Shown: positions 52,472 to 63,500 of the stretch, in pieces
Position numbering within the stretch: position 1 is the stretch's first letter
Layout of the letters: each line of letters begins with the position of its first letter
DNA from: an uncultured delta proteobacterium
GTDB lineage: Bacteria > Myxococcota_A > Polyangia > Polyangiales > Polyangiaceae
DNA length: 64,000 nucleotides
Reading direction: 5' to 3'
Assembly: GCA_963806225.1 (NCBI GenBank)
Contig: CAWDXG010000003.1
Span: forward strand, 256,001 to 320,000
Program-made: the position numbers and the translations under genes
Notes under the pieces: generated by a model
Databases searched by the model: none
The model's input: only the letters and a program-made list of their open reading frames with translations
What the model was told of the DNA's origin: nothing

Positions 52472-53575
52472 GCGCGCTCGCCGACATTTTCCCGCTCAAG
52501 CCGCAGCTTGACCGGCATTGTGTCGGCCGCACCGACATTTTCCGGCCCAAGCCGCAGCTTCGAGCCCATTGTGTCGGCCGCACCGACATTTTCCGCCCCT
52601 TGCTATAGCTTGACGCCCATGTTGTCGGCCTCGCCGACATTTCCCGGCCCAAGCCGCAGCTTCGAGCCCATTGTGTCGGCCGCACCGACATTTTCCGGCC
52701 CAAGCCGCAGCTTCGAGCCCATTGTGTCGGCCGCACCGACATTTTCCGGCCCAAGCCGCAGCTTCGAGCCCATTGTGTCGGCCGCACCGACATTTTCCGC
52801 CCCTTGCTATAGCTTGACGCCCATGTTGTCGGCCTCGCCGACATTTTCCGGCCCAAGCCGCAGCTTCGAGCCCATTGTGTCGGCCGCACCGACATTTTCC
52901 GCCCCTTGCTATAGCTTCGAGCCCATTGTGTCGGCCGCACCGACATTTTCCCGCTCAAGCCGCAGCTTGACCGGCATTGTGTCGGCCTCGCCGACATTTT
53001 CCGGCCCAAGCCGCAGCTTCGAGCCCATTGTGTCGGCCGCACCGACATTTTCCGCCCCTTGCTATAGCTTGACGCCCATGTTGTCGGCCTCGCCGACATT
53101 TTCCGGCCCAAGCCGCAGCTTCGAGCCCATTCTGTCGGCCGCACCGACATTTTCCGCCCCTTGCTATAGCTTGACGCCCATGTTGTCGGCCTCGCCGACA
53201 TTTCCCGGCTCATGCCGCGGCTTCGAGCCCATTGTGTCGGCCGCACCGACATTTTCCGGCCCATGCTACAGCTTCGAGCCCATTGTGTCGGCCGCACCGA
53301 CATTTTCCGCCCCTTGCTACAGCTTGACGCCATTGTTGTCGGCCGCGCCGACATTTTCCGGCCCAAGCCGCAGCTTCGAGCCCATTGTGTCGGCCGCGCC
53401 GACATTTTCCGCCCCTTGCTATAGCTTGACGCCCATGTTGTCGGCCTCGCCGACATTTTCGTCGCCAAGCCGCAGCTTCGACCCCATCTTGTCGGCCAAG
53501 CCGACATTTTCCGGCCCAAGCCGCAGCTTCGCGCGCTTCATGTCGGCCGCGCCGACATTTCCGCCCCCTTGCTTC
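52472..53575 (+). repeat. 51-bp palindromic repeat array, subtype A, about 22 units
   Basis: Same unit variants as 39268-40415. Confidence 0.97.
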
Positions 53576-53608
53576 GCCCCCGATCGTCGGGCTCGCACGC
53601 CGCCGCCG

Positions 53609-54007
53609 TCAACGCTGCGTCGGGATCCGGAACGCGCAGCGCGGTCCTGGCGCCTGGCCCAGCCGGATGTCCAGCGTCGCGAGGTCGGCATCGAGAGCTT
53701 CGGCGAGCGCCACGTACCAGGCGTCGTAGGCGGTAACGCTGTCACGCAGCTCCCACACGCGCTCGGCGAACGGTGCGTAGGGAAAGAGCTGCACAGGCAG
53801 ATCGAGTAGATCCGCATGCGCCAGCGCAGCCGTGTCGGCAGCGATGTCACCGGCGAGGACGCTGCGGCGGAGGATGTTGGCCACCTCGACCGGCATCACG
53901 TGCGGCGCCGCGAGCGCATCTTCGCCGAGCACCGCGTCCGCCCAGCTGCCGTCGGCGCCGCTGTCGACGAGCGCCGCAACGGCCAGCGACGCGTCGATCA
54001 CGAGCAT
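53609..54007 (-). CDS. vapC: PIN-domain toxin (VapC family)
   Basis: LVIDAS, EVANILRR, TAYDAWYVALAE, TLD. Confidence 0.92.
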   Translation of the reverse strand: MLVIDASLAVAALVDSGADGSWADAVLGEDALAAPHVMPVEVANILRRSVLAGDIAADTAALAHADLLDLPVQLFPYAPFAERVWELRDSVTAYDAWYVALAEALDADLATLDIRLGQAPGPRCAFRIPTQR

Positions 54008-54249
54008 CAGCGACGATCCGCGTCGCGGTGGGCGAGGATGCGCTTCTGCGACAGACGACTGCCCGTCCTGCCCTTGCGATCCCGGATCCGCGCGAGGACC
54101 GTCGCCGCATCCGGCCGACTCGCGAGCTCGACCAGCTGCGCGCGCAGGTACTCCTGCAGCGACTGCCCAGCGAGCGCGGCGCGCGCGGCGAGCTCGTCGC
54201 GCGTCTTGCCGGGCACGTTGCGGATGGTGATCGACGTGGTCGAAGCCAT
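54007..54249 (-). CDS. FitA/VapB-like ribbon-helix-helix antitoxin
   Basis: SITIRNVP...LAARAALAGQSLQEYLR, TGATG overlap with the toxin. Confidence 0.88.
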   Translation of the reverse strand: MASTTSITIRNVPGKTRDELAARAALAGQSLQEYLRAQLVELASRPDAATVLARIRDRKGRTGSRLSQKRILAHRDADRR

Positions 54250-54610
54250 GCAGCTAGATTGATGCTTGCAGCAGCAGAATGCAAGCAAGGCTCGCCGCAG
54301 CGAGTAGGGATGCTCCCCAGCGCTGGGCGTCGCTAGCTCGCCCGTCCGTCCTCGCTGGCGCTGCGGGCGGGCGGGGTCCCTCCGGCGCATGCTCGCCCGG
54401 CCAGCGCGCCGCGCGCTTCGCGACTCGCCGGGCTGCGCGTGCGCGAGAGGTCCCGACGCCGGCGGCGGCGGGAGCCGGAGTGGAGGGCGGAGCGGGAGCC
54501 GAGCCTCGCGGCTCGTCGAGCCTGCATCCGCGTTTCCAAGCCGCCTCCCGTGCGGCATAGTGCCGCCGCTCCGCCAGCGCGCTGCTCCGGCGCCGGGACC
54601 TCCACGCATC

Positions 54611-55678
54611 GTGACCGCCAAGCCTCCGCCGCCGACCCCTCCCCTCACCCTCGGCATCCTCGGCCTGGGCCGCTGGGGCCATCGCCTCGCCGCCGCGTTC
54701 GCGCGCACCGAACAGAGCCGCATCCTCTGGCACTGCGACCCCGATCCCGCGCGCCTCGCCGCCGCGGAGCTGCCCGCCGGTGCGCGCCGCACCCCGCGCC
54801 ACGAGGACGTGCTCGCCGATCCCGCCGTGCAGGCCGTCGTCATCGCCACTCCGCCCGCAACGCACGCTCCCCTCGCCCTCGAAGCCCTCGCCGCCGGCAA
54901 GCACGTCTTCGTCGAAAAGCCGATGACCACCTCGCTGGCAAGCGCCGAAGAGCTCGTCGCCGCCGTCGAACGCACCGGCCTCACGCTCATGGTCGGGCAC
55001 ATCCTCACGTTCCATCCCGGGCACATCGAACTGCGCAGGCTGGTGCGCGAAGGCGCAATCGGCCGCGTGCATACCGTCGCGTGTCAGCGCTGGTCACCCC
55101 GCCTAGGCCGCCCCGCCGACGACGCGTGGTGGTCGCTCGCTGTGCACGACATGAGCGTGCTGGGGCAGCTGCTCGAGGGCGAGGCCGAGAGCGTGGAAGT
55201 GAGCGGCGAGAGGGCCCCCGGCAGCACCTGCTACGGGCGCGTGCGCGGCGAATTGCTCTATGCCGGCGGAGTGCGCGCGCAGCTCGAGGCGAGCACCGTC
55301 GACGAGGTGAAGCTGCGACGGATACTCGTCGCGGGAGAGCGCGGAACGTTGGTGTTCGACGAGCAGGATGCGGAGCGTGGGATCGCGCTCTACGACCTTC
55401 CGCGCGCGCCGTTCGACTGCGGAGTTGCCTCGGCGTTCGCGATGCTCGACGACGCGCGTCTACGCGATCGCCACGTGGCGCCCCAGGCCGAGCCGCTCGC
55501 GCTCGAGCTCCGGCACTTCGTCGACTCGATGCTCGCCGGCACAGCACCGCGCTGCAATGCCCGCGAAGGCCTGCACACGATCCGCGCGCTCGAGCCCGGA
55601 ACCCGGTCGCTCCGCTCCCCCACACGTTCCGATCCGGAAACTGCGCCGCGTATCGCAGCGGTGCAGCCCGTGCACTGA
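54611..55678 (+). CDS. Gfo/Idh/MocA-family oxidoreductase
   Basis: GILGLGRWG, IATPPATH, GKHVFVEKPM, LMVGH, LAVHD. Confidence 0.9.
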   Translation: MTAKPPPPTPPLTLGILGLGRWGHRLAAAFARTEQSRILWHCDPDPARLAAAELPAGARRTPRHEDVLADPAVQAVVIATPPATHAPLALEALAAGKHVFVEKPMTTSLASAEELVAAVERTGLTLMVGHILTFHPGHIELRRLVREGAIGRVHTVACQRWSPRLGRPADDAWWSLAVHDMSVLGQLLEGEAESVEVSGERAPGSTCYGRVRGELLYAGGVRAQLEASTVDEVKLRRILVAGERGTLVFDEQDAERGIALYDLPRAPFDCGVASAFAMLDDARLRDRHVAPQAEPLALELRHFVDSMLAGTAPRCNAREGLHTIRALEPGTRSLRSPTRSDPETAPRIAAVQPVH

Positions 55679-55950
55679 CGCCGCGGTGCGCTGCGTGATT
55701 CCCAGCTGGTCCCTCTCGACGAGCTACTAGCGACGAGCTCGGCGAGGGCGCGGCTGCATTCAGTACTGGCTGGGTGACCGGGGTACGGCCAGACTGTGCG
55801 TCGTGCCCATGACCGCCACCGACATTTCTGGAGTTCTGTTCAAAGCGTGGCTCGGTTCGAGCCCTCGGTGTGCGGCGACATGCCGGGCTGTCACCGCGTT
55901 GGCGCCGGGCGCGAGCCGGCCGACGGGGAGCTGGCCGCGCCTTGCGCTCT

Positions 55951-55970
55951 GGTATAACCCGATTCATACT
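55951..55970 (+). promoter_or_regulatory. Putative -10 / autoregulatory operator of the TA pair
   Basis: GGTATAACCCGATTCATACT: TATAAC box within an imperfect GTAT...ATAC inverted repeat just before the GTG. Confidence 0.45.
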
Positions 55971-55976
55971 CGGACT

Positions 55977-56222
55977 GTGAAAACAGCCATCTCTGTTCCG
56001 GACGACGTGTTCAAGCAGGCAGAGCGCTACGCGAAGAAGCTCGGGGTGTCCCGCAGTGAGCTGTACACGCGGGCGGTGCGTCAGCTGATCGAAACGGAGC
56101 GGGACAGGGAGATCCTTGCGTCCTATGATCAGGCCTTCGGGTCCGATGCCGGCGACGACGACACCCGTTGGCTGAGGCGCAGCGCCGCGCGCGAAGCACT
56201 CGTTGAAGTCGAGTGGGAATGA
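55977..56222 (+). CDS. RHH/CopG-type antitoxin
   Basis: KTAISVPDDVF..AERYAKKLGVSRSELY. Confidence 0.88.
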   Translation: MKTAISVPDDVFKQAERYAKKLGVSRSELYTRAVRQLIETERDREILASYDQAFGSDAGDDDTRWLRRSAAREALVEVEWE

Positions 56223-56560
56223 AGCGCGGCGAGATCTGGTGGGCTGATCTGGGCGAGCCCCGGGGTTCGTCGCCGGCGCTGCGGCGCCCGGTTCTGGTCG
56301 TCCAGCATGATCTTCTCACCGCGTCCGCGCTGAACACGGTCATGGTCGTACCGCTCACGTCCAATGTGCGCCGCGCCCAGGCAGTGGGGAACGTGCTCCT
56401 ACCCCCCGCCGAGACCGGGCTGGATCGCCCATCGGTTGCGTTGGTCTGCCAGGTGATGACGCTCGACAAGGATTACTTCGACGAGATCGTCGGCAGTCTC
56501 TCGCGCCGGGCGCGGCGAGCGGTGGACACGGGCTTGAAGCTGGCCCTGGCCTTGCCGTGA
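56219..56560 (+). CDS. mazF: MazF/PemK-family endoribonuclease toxin
   Basis: MKRGEIWWADL, RRPVLVVQ, VVPLTS, TGLDRPS, QVMTLDK. Confidence 0.9.
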   Translation: MKRGEIWWADLGEPRGSSPALRRPVLVVQHDLLTASALNTVMVVPLTSNVRRAQAVGNVLLPPAETGLDRPSVALVCQVMTLDKDYFDEIVGSLSRRARRAVDTGLKLALALP

Positions 56561-56900
56561 GTGCCGTGCTTCCTCTACCTCCGCGAGAGGTCCCTCCGGA
56601 CCGGAGCGGGAGCGGGAGCCGGAGTGCGTCGCGTCGATCGAGACCGCGGGCGCGAGCCCAGTGGCTGGTAGGGATTTCTGTCGTGGCGTTCGGGACGACC
56701 CCTTCCACCCCTTCCTGGCTGCCGGGCCCGCCGTGCTCTTTCTTGCAACGGCGGTCGACCCGCACGTCCGCGCCTCGCCCGCCGACGCCAAGCCGGCAAT
56801 AGCGCGTCCAACGGGCATTTCCATGCGCTGGTTGAAACCAGAGCACTCGCGAGCGAGCCGCGCTGGTGATGCTCCCCATTGCGCGCGCGAAGCCGCGACT

Positions 56901-57377
56901 TCACGGCTTGCGGCGGAGCTCGTCCAGCAGGCTCTCGAGCTGGAGCAGCATCAGCTGGTCCTTGGGACGGGACAACTTCCGCTTCACGGCGATCAGCCGC
57001 TCCACGGACAGGACCCGGATCCGCGCGCCGGCCACGTCGAGCGCGGGCGCATCCGGCAGGAGTTCCTCGTAGCCGGTCGCTTCCTCGATCGTCCCGAGGA
57101 CGTCCAGCACACCATGACGCGTGCGCAACAGCTTGTGCCCCGTCGAACGAAGATGCGTGACGTCCGGGCGTAGGTCACGTGCATCACCGCGAAAGCGCGC
57201 GTCGAGCTCGTCCAGCGCGCGCAGCAGGCGCTGCACGTTCGCTTCATCTTGCGCATAGACGACGTCGATGTCGTCGGTGTGGACCGGCGCGCCACGAAGC
57301 ACCGCCGCCATCCCCCCAACCACGATGAATTCCACGTCGTGGCGGACCAGCGTGAGCAGGATGTCAGCGAGCGCCAT
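56901..57377 (-). CDS. Nucleotidyltransferase-like protein
   Basis: VEFIVVGGMAAVLRG...TDDIDV, LIAVKR..RPKD. Confidence 0.82.
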   Translation of the reverse strand: MALADILLTLVRHDVEFIVVGGMAAVLRGAPVHTDDIDVVYAQDEANVQRLLRALDELDARFRGDARDLRPDVTHLRSTGHKLLRTRHGVLDVLGTIEEATGYEELLPDAPALDVAGARIRVLSVERLIAVKRKLSRPKDQLMLLQLESLLDELRRKP

Positions 57378-57618
57378 TGCCCGGCCCGGACGACCCGGAC
57401 CGCCCGGACGACCCGGACCGCCCGCACGACCCGGACGACCCGGACTCCTCGGGCCTCACCAGCGCCAGGAACTCGAGCATCGCGTCCACGCAAGCCATGC
57501 GCGCGGCCGGTGTCATCGCCAACCGATCGCGGATCAAGGTGAGATCCACCCCGCGCCAATCGTGCGTCGATTCGGCGCCGGCTGGCGTGTCGAGTGGGTG
57601 AAGTTCGAACTCCGCCAT
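57364..57618 (-). CDS. Small partner protein upstream of the nucleotidyltransferase
   Basis: GVDLTLIRDRLAMTPAAR motif, overlaps the NTase start, C-terminal short repeats. Confidence 0.65.
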   Translation of the reverse strand: MAEFELHPLDTPAGAESTHDWRGVDLTLIRDRLAMTPAARMACVDAMLEFLALVRPEESGSSGSCGRSGSSGRSGSSGPGNGAR

Positions 57619-57948
57619 CGCTTCGATGGTAGCACGCCGGCTCATGCACCCGGTCGGGCTAGACTGAAGTTCCACATTCTTGCACCGATCACGCGAATGG
57701 CACCGGCTGCCCAGCAATTTCGCGCACGCCCAACCAGCACAAAAACAGCCGGTTTTGGCACCGGAAAATTGCTGTGTATACAAAGCATATTTTGCCGGCG
57801 CGCATGGGCACACCGCCGGAGCCGAGATCCGCACGTCCGCGCCCCCTTTCGAGCCGGCTGACGATGGAGAGTGATGCTCCCCCGCGCTGCGCGGCGCGGT
57901 AGCGCCCGTCCGTGCTCGCTGCGCTCCGCCGTCTCCTACCGTCAGGCA

Positions 57949-58642
57949 TCACGTCTCCGGGCCGAGACCGTGATTCGTGATCTGATGGGCGACGACAGTC
58001 GCGGAAACCTCCAGCTCGTCTGCAAGCGCTTCGACCCGCTCGTCGTCGAGACCTTCGGCGATCCGCAAGCGCAACAGACTCGCGGGCGCCAGGAGCTCGG
58101 CGGCGAATGCGCGGCTGGCCGCCTGGAGCGCCGTTCCCGCGTTCGTGAGCGCGCGGGGCGCCTCGCTGGCCGCGCCGGCGGCGATCGCGAAGAGACCGCG
58201 TGCCAAGAGGAATCGTGCGTGCCTGCGCGGCCTGGGCGCGACGAACATGTGCGGCGCGCCCGATCGCGATGCGCCGACGAGCGCCTGGAGCTGGCGCACG
58301 TGGTCTCGAAGCGGAGCCCAGTCCTCGTTATCGCGCGTACCGGCGCGCAAAGCAGGCTGGCCACCATCCCGGACGAGGTCGCGCACGGTCGCGATGGTCG
58401 ACGCAAGCGCTTGCGGAGCACGGATCTAGCGCCGCGGGCCCATACACGCCCGAGCGCGTCGTACCCGTCCGTGTGTCGTGAACCGTTGTGACGCATCGAT
58501 CTCCGACGCGGATCTCGATGCGCGCCCAGGTCGCTGCCAGGACCGGGTGGGACACGCCCTCGGCCGCCTCTTCCGCCCCCCCTGGGCCACCACCGAACAA
58601 GGCCGCAGCCTCGCCGAGCTCATGGCCTTGCTCGACCTGCAT
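57949..58642 (-). pseudogene. Disrupted gene with ImmA/IrrE-like C-terminus
   Basis: ATWARIEIRVGDRCVT...RSGVYG in one frame; ARFLLARGL...SRAFAAELLAP...LADELEVS..VVAHQITN in another. No HExxH. Confidence 0.5.
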
Positions 58643-58659
58643 ATCGGCGATGCGCGGGA

Positions 58660-58722
58660 GCGGGGCGGGAGCGGGAGCGGGAGCGGGGGCGGGAGCGGGG
58701 GCGGGAGCGGGAGCCGGGGCGG
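58660..58722. repeat. GGGAGC/GGGGGC hexamer run
   Basis: Directly visible. Confidence 0.85.
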
Positions 58723-58738
58723 CGCTGCCAGACGGATT

Positions 58739-59518
58739 TCAGCGGCTGAACGTGTCCCACACTGCGCGGGGCACTTCGAGCTCGAGCTCGACGGCGCTGT
58801 CGTGCACGGACAGATGTCCGCGGCCGAAGCTGACCTCGCTCCGGCCTTCGATGAAGCGACGGCGCCAGTCCTTTCCGCTGAGCTCGCAGAGCTCGCGCGC
58901 CAGCGAGTTGAACGCGCGCCGCGCTTCACTGACGTCGCGCAGCGTGACGACGCGCCGCACGCGACCTTCGATGAGCTCCGTCTTGCCGTCGGGGGCGCCG
59001 AGCAGCACGAGATCGAGCAGCGTGACCGGCGGGGGCTTGTGCGGCGCGGGCGCAGGAGCGGGCGCCGCGATGGGGCGCAGCGTGTAGACGGGCTCGATGC
59101 CGCTCTCGGCGAGCCAGCGCGTGGCCTCGGCGAGCAGCGCCGCCTGCCGCGCGCGGAGCCAGTCCGCGCGCAGCTCGGCATCGCGAAAGACGATGTCGCG
59201 GAACAGGCGGAACGCACCGCGCCCGGACAGCGCGTGCTCCAGCCGCTCGCGCAGCTCCTCGTCGTCCACGCTCGCGGCGAAGTCGCGCATCCAGTCGTAC
59301 TCGCCCTCGGCGCGCGGGATCGCCAGGAAGCGGCCCCACTCGTTGTCCAGCTGTTCGCGCAGATCCGCGTCGAGGCCCGGGTCGTCCGACAGCGCCACGA
59401 CCGCGCCGCGCTCGCCGTCGAGGAACCACTCCATGATGTCCTCGCGGCTTCGCGCCATCGCTTCGAGCAGCGCGTCCATGTCGAGCTCGAGACGCCGGGT
59501 GCGGGTGTTGTTCGTCAT
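58739..59518 (-). CDS. UPF0158-family protein with C-terminal extension
   Basis: WFLD.ERG.V, FLAIP, YDWMRDFA, LEHALSGRGAFRLFRD. Confidence 0.85.
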   Translation of the reverse strand: MTNNTRTRRLELDMDALLEAMARSREDIMEWFLDGERGAVVALSDDPGLDADLREQLDNEWGRFLAIPRAEGEYDWMRDFAASVDDEELRERLEHALSGRGAFRLFRDIVFRDAELRADWLRARQAALLAEATRWLAESGIEPVYTLRPIAAPAPAPAPHKPPPVTLLDLVLLGAPDGKTELIEGRVRRVVTLRDVSEARRAFNSLARELCELSGKDWRRRFIEGRSEVSFGRGHLSVHDSAVELELEVPRAVWDTFSR

Positions 59519-59561
59519 GCCATCGACATTCTCGACGCCTTGCCGCAGCTTGGTGCGCTTT

Positions 59562-59782
59562 GTGTCGGCCAGACCGACATTTTCCGGCGCTTGCCGCAGC
59601 ATGCCGCCCCTCATGTCGGCCAGACCGACATTTCCGCGCTCATGCTACGGCAAGGCGCCCGTTTGTGTCGGCCGCGCCGACATTTCCAGGCCCTTGCCGC
59701 GGCATGCCGCCCCTCTTGTCGGCCAGACCGACATTTCCACGCTCTTGCCACGGCATGGCGCCCATTTTGTCGGCCAGACCCA
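59562..59782 (+). repeat. Subtype A 51-bp array, 5 diverged hairpins
   Basis: TGTCGGCCAGACCGACA at ~51-bp spacing, between divergent genes. Confidence 0.88.
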
Positions 59783-59900
59783 CCAGCCGCGCCGGCACCC
59801 AACCAGGTACCAGAGCAGGCGCGCCCTGCCCGCCCCCGCAGCCCGCTGGCACCTGCCGCGACGCCGGGAGCCGGCGCGGTGCTAGATTGGGCGGAGCAGC

Positions 59901-60470
59901 ATGACCGCAGCACCGCCGTTACACTACGGGTACGCCGAATACGTCGCCTTCGAGGCCTCGGCGGACGTGAAGCACGAATACGTCCGCGGTCTGATCCTGG
60001 CGATGGCGGGCGGTACGCCCGAACACGGCGCACGGGCGGTGCGCGTGATGGCGGCGCTTTCGGCCGCGCTGCGTGATCGCAGCTGCGTCGTCTACGACCC
60101 GGACGTGCGGGTGCGCATCGCCGAGGCCGACGTGACGGCATATCCCGACGCCAGCGTCGTGTGCGGCCAGCTCGAGACGGACCAAGGCGACCCGCATGCC
60201 ATCACGAACCCACTCGTCGTGGTCGAAGTGTTGAGCCCCAGCACCGAGGAATACGACCGCGGCGACAAGTTCGAGGCGTACAAGCAGATCGCTTCGCTCC
60301 GCGAAGTCGTGTTCGTGGCCCACGATGCCGCGCGGATCGACGTGTGGCGTCGGGACGACGCGGGCTGGGCGCTGCGATCATCCGGCCCGGAACAGCGCGC
60401 GCGCCTCGAGTCCGTCGATTGCGAGCTCGCCGTCGACGAGATCTTCCGCGATCCGTTCGCTAGCCGCTGA
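59901..60470 (+). CDS. Uma2 (DUF820) family endonuclease-like protein
   Basis: KHEYVRG...AMAGGTPEH, YPDASVVC, VEVLSPSTEEYDRGDKF. Confidence 0.92.
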   Translation: MTAAPPLHYGYAEYVAFEASADVKHEYVRGLILAMAGGTPEHGARAVRVMAALSAALRDRSCVVYDPDVRVRIAEADVTAYPDASVVCGQLETDQGDPHAITNPLVVVEVLSPSTEEYDRGDKFEAYKQIASLREVVFVAHDAARIDVWRRDDAGWALRSSGPEQRARLESVDCELAVDEIFRDPFASR

Positions 60471-60534
60471 ACCCCCCGGCCGCGCGTCAGCCCAGTGCAC
60501 ACGCGAAGTGCAAACACGTAGACTCCCCGCGCAC

Positions 60535-63500
60535 ATGAACGAAATCGACTCTCTGCAAGGAGCCTTCGAGCTGCTCCTCGACTGGAACGAAGCGCTGCTC
60601 GAAGTGCCGCTCGTGAAGCTTCTGCCGTTGCTGAACGGCAGGCAACGCCAGCTTCTCTTGTCGCTCGCCGAACAGCACGACGCGACCAGCCTCGCCGAGC
60701 TGTGGGACGCGTTGGACGACGAGACGCTCCTGCTGTGGACGAGTCCGTCGCAGGTGCGCGATCTGTCGCTCGTGGTGGAGTCGCTCGCCCAGCGAGGTCG
60801 GGCGGCGCGCCCCCCGAGCGGCGCCGCTGGCGCGACCGAACGCAAACCGCTCGAGGAGTGGGCGGCCCAGCATGGCATCGCCGAGCGGCTGCGCGATCCG
60901 GCTGCTGCGATGTTCGGCCCCGGCGTGGACGCAGGCACAAGCCCCTTCTTCGACCTGCGAGGCAGCGAGCTCACCGTCCTGGACGCCCACCTCGGCGACA
61001 TCCCGCCCGCCGTGCTGCAAGAAGCCAAGGGGCTGTTCAGGTACTATCACAAGCCGCGAAAGGGCGAGCTCACGCAGGCGTTCCGGCGCTACGCGACGCA
61101 CTACCTGGACGGCTGCGCTGCTGCCGTCGCACGGCGGCGCGAAGCGGAAGCGGAAATCGCAGCGTTCTCTGCCGACAGCTCGCCTGGAAACGCCCACGCC
61201 GTCCGCTTTGCCAGGCTGTGCGCGTCGGCGCGCACCGACGCGCACGCGCACGCTCCAGAGCCTCCCCCAGGCTTGTGCTTCGTCCTGGATGCCGCCTTCG
61301 AGCCGGCCCTGCTCCGGGTGACCGTCGCGAGCCGGAGCTTCCGCGAGGGCCGCTGGGAGCAGACCCGCTCGACCGAGGTCGGGCTCGGGCGTTGGGAGCT
61401 GGGCGAGCTCGACCTGCGTTGCAGCTGCGGGCAGAGCGGCGGTCGGTGCCCGCACGCCGCGCTCGCGCTCTCGACGGCGCTCGGGCTGCTCGTGCAGGAC
61501 CGCTCGCCTTTGTTCGAGCACGTTCGTGTGCCCGGCTGGCAACGGCTGGTGGGCGCGCTCGACGAGCTCGTGACGGAGCGCGCGCGCTCCGCGGCCACGG
61601 AGTCCATGGAGCGCCTGGCCTGGCGCATCGAGGTCAAGCACGGCACTGTCCAGCTGGTCCCGCTCGTGCAGAAGCAGGGCAAGAAAGGCGGCTTTACCAA
61701 GGGTCGCCGCGTCGAACCGCATCGGCTCGGCGCATCCAGGCGCCGCGCGATGAGCGCGCGCGAGCGCGACGCGCTCGAGCTCCTTTCGCGGAGCTACGGC
61801 GCGCCCGAGCGCGCGACGCTCGTCGCTGCCCTGCGCCTGCTGGAAAAACATCCCCGGCTTTCGATCGACGGCAGGGAGGAGCCGCCGCGCATCGAGAATG
61901 TCACGCTGCGCGTCGACATCGAAGAGCACGGCGAAGCGTTCGAGCTGGTGACCTGGCTGGACGACCAGCGGCTCGCGCCGGCGGATCTGCTCGCGGCTGT
62001 CGACGGCACGCGACACTTCGTCCACCTGCTGCCCGGGGAAAACCGCTGCCTGGTGGGCGAGCTCGACTCCGCGGCCCTGGTGATGCTCCGGAGCATCGCG
62101 CGGCACGGCGCTGTGGTTCCGCGCCACGCTGCCGACGAGCTATTGCGCCGGCTGCCGGAGTTGCAGGAGCACGTGGACGTCGCCCTGCCGCGTAGTCTGC
62201 TCGGCCGCCGCGTCGAGAGCGACGACCGCTTCCACGTGGCGCTCGCGGAAGCGGCGCCCGGCGTGGTGGACGTTTCCGTGCGCATCTGCCCCTTCGGCCA
62301 GGGTCCGCGCCTGATCCCGGGTCACGGCCTGTCGCGCATGACCGGCACGCGCGGCGGTCGCCGCGTCCACGTGCTGCGCGATCTCGGCGCGGAGCGCGCG
62401 CGGCTCGAGCGCTGGCTCGGCGCTTCCGCGCTCAGCGCCGCCGAAGCGCTCGGCCCGGCCGACCGGCGCGTGAGCGGAGACGCGGACATCGTCGCGCTGC
62501 TTTCGCTGCTCGAAGCCGGCAGCGCTGCCGGCGAGATCGTCGCCGAGTGGTCGGGCCCGCCGCTCCGCCTGGCCGGCACGCTCTCGAAGAGCGCCCTCAC
62601 GGTCGAAGTCTCGTCGCGCCGCGACTGGCTCGGCGTCGGCGGCAGCGCGGAGATCGACGGCCAGCGCGTCGAGCTCGCCATGCTGCTCGACGCGGCCCGC
62701 AGCGGTCGCCGCTGGGTCAAGCTCGCCCCGCGCCACTTCGCGCTGCTCGAGGCGGAGCTCGTCGAGGCCGCGCGCGACATGGCGGATCTGCTGCACCGGC
62801 GCGAGCGCGGTCTGGCGCTGCCGCCCGCGCTCGCCGGCGCGTTCGAGAGCGCTGTGGACGGCGCTCGCGTGGACGGCGCCGACGCCTTCCACGCCGCCGT
62901 GGAGCGCGCCCGCGCCGCGCGCGGTTACGAGCCGCGGGTTCCGCGAGGGCTCGGCCAGGTGCTCCGGCCGTACCAGGTGGAAGGCTACCGCTGGCTCGCG
63001 CGCATGGCGCGCTGGGGCGTTGGCGCGTGCCTCGCCGACGACATGGGCCTCGGCAAGACGCTGCAGTGCCTCGGCGTGCTGCTTGAACGAAAAGAGCAGG
63101 GCCCCGCCCTCGTCGTCGCGCCCACCTCGCTGGGCTACAACTGGCTGGACGAAGCCGCGCGCTTCGCGCCCGGCCTGTCGGTGAAGCTCTACCGCGGCAA
63201 GGAGCGCGCGAGCCTGCTCGAAGCACTGGGCCCGGGCAGCGTGCTCGTCACGAGCTACGACATCGCCACCCGTGACGTCGAAGCGCTGGCTGACATCGAC
63301 TTCGCGACGCTCGTGCTGGACGAAGCCCAGAACGTCAAGAACGCGCTCACCGGGCGCGCCAAGGCGATCCGCAAGCTCCGCGCCCGCTGGCGCGTCGCCC
63401 TGACGGGCACGCCGCTCGAGAACCGGCTCGCCGAGCTGTGGGGCCTGTTCGATGCGCTCGAGCCCGGCCTGCTCGGCGGCTGGGAAGAGTTCTCGCGACG

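Noticed and set aside
57700..57800. AT-richer stretch with CAGCAATTT...AAATTGCTG inverted repeat
   Set aside because: Single occurrence. It could be a promoter or operator, but there is too little evidence to call.
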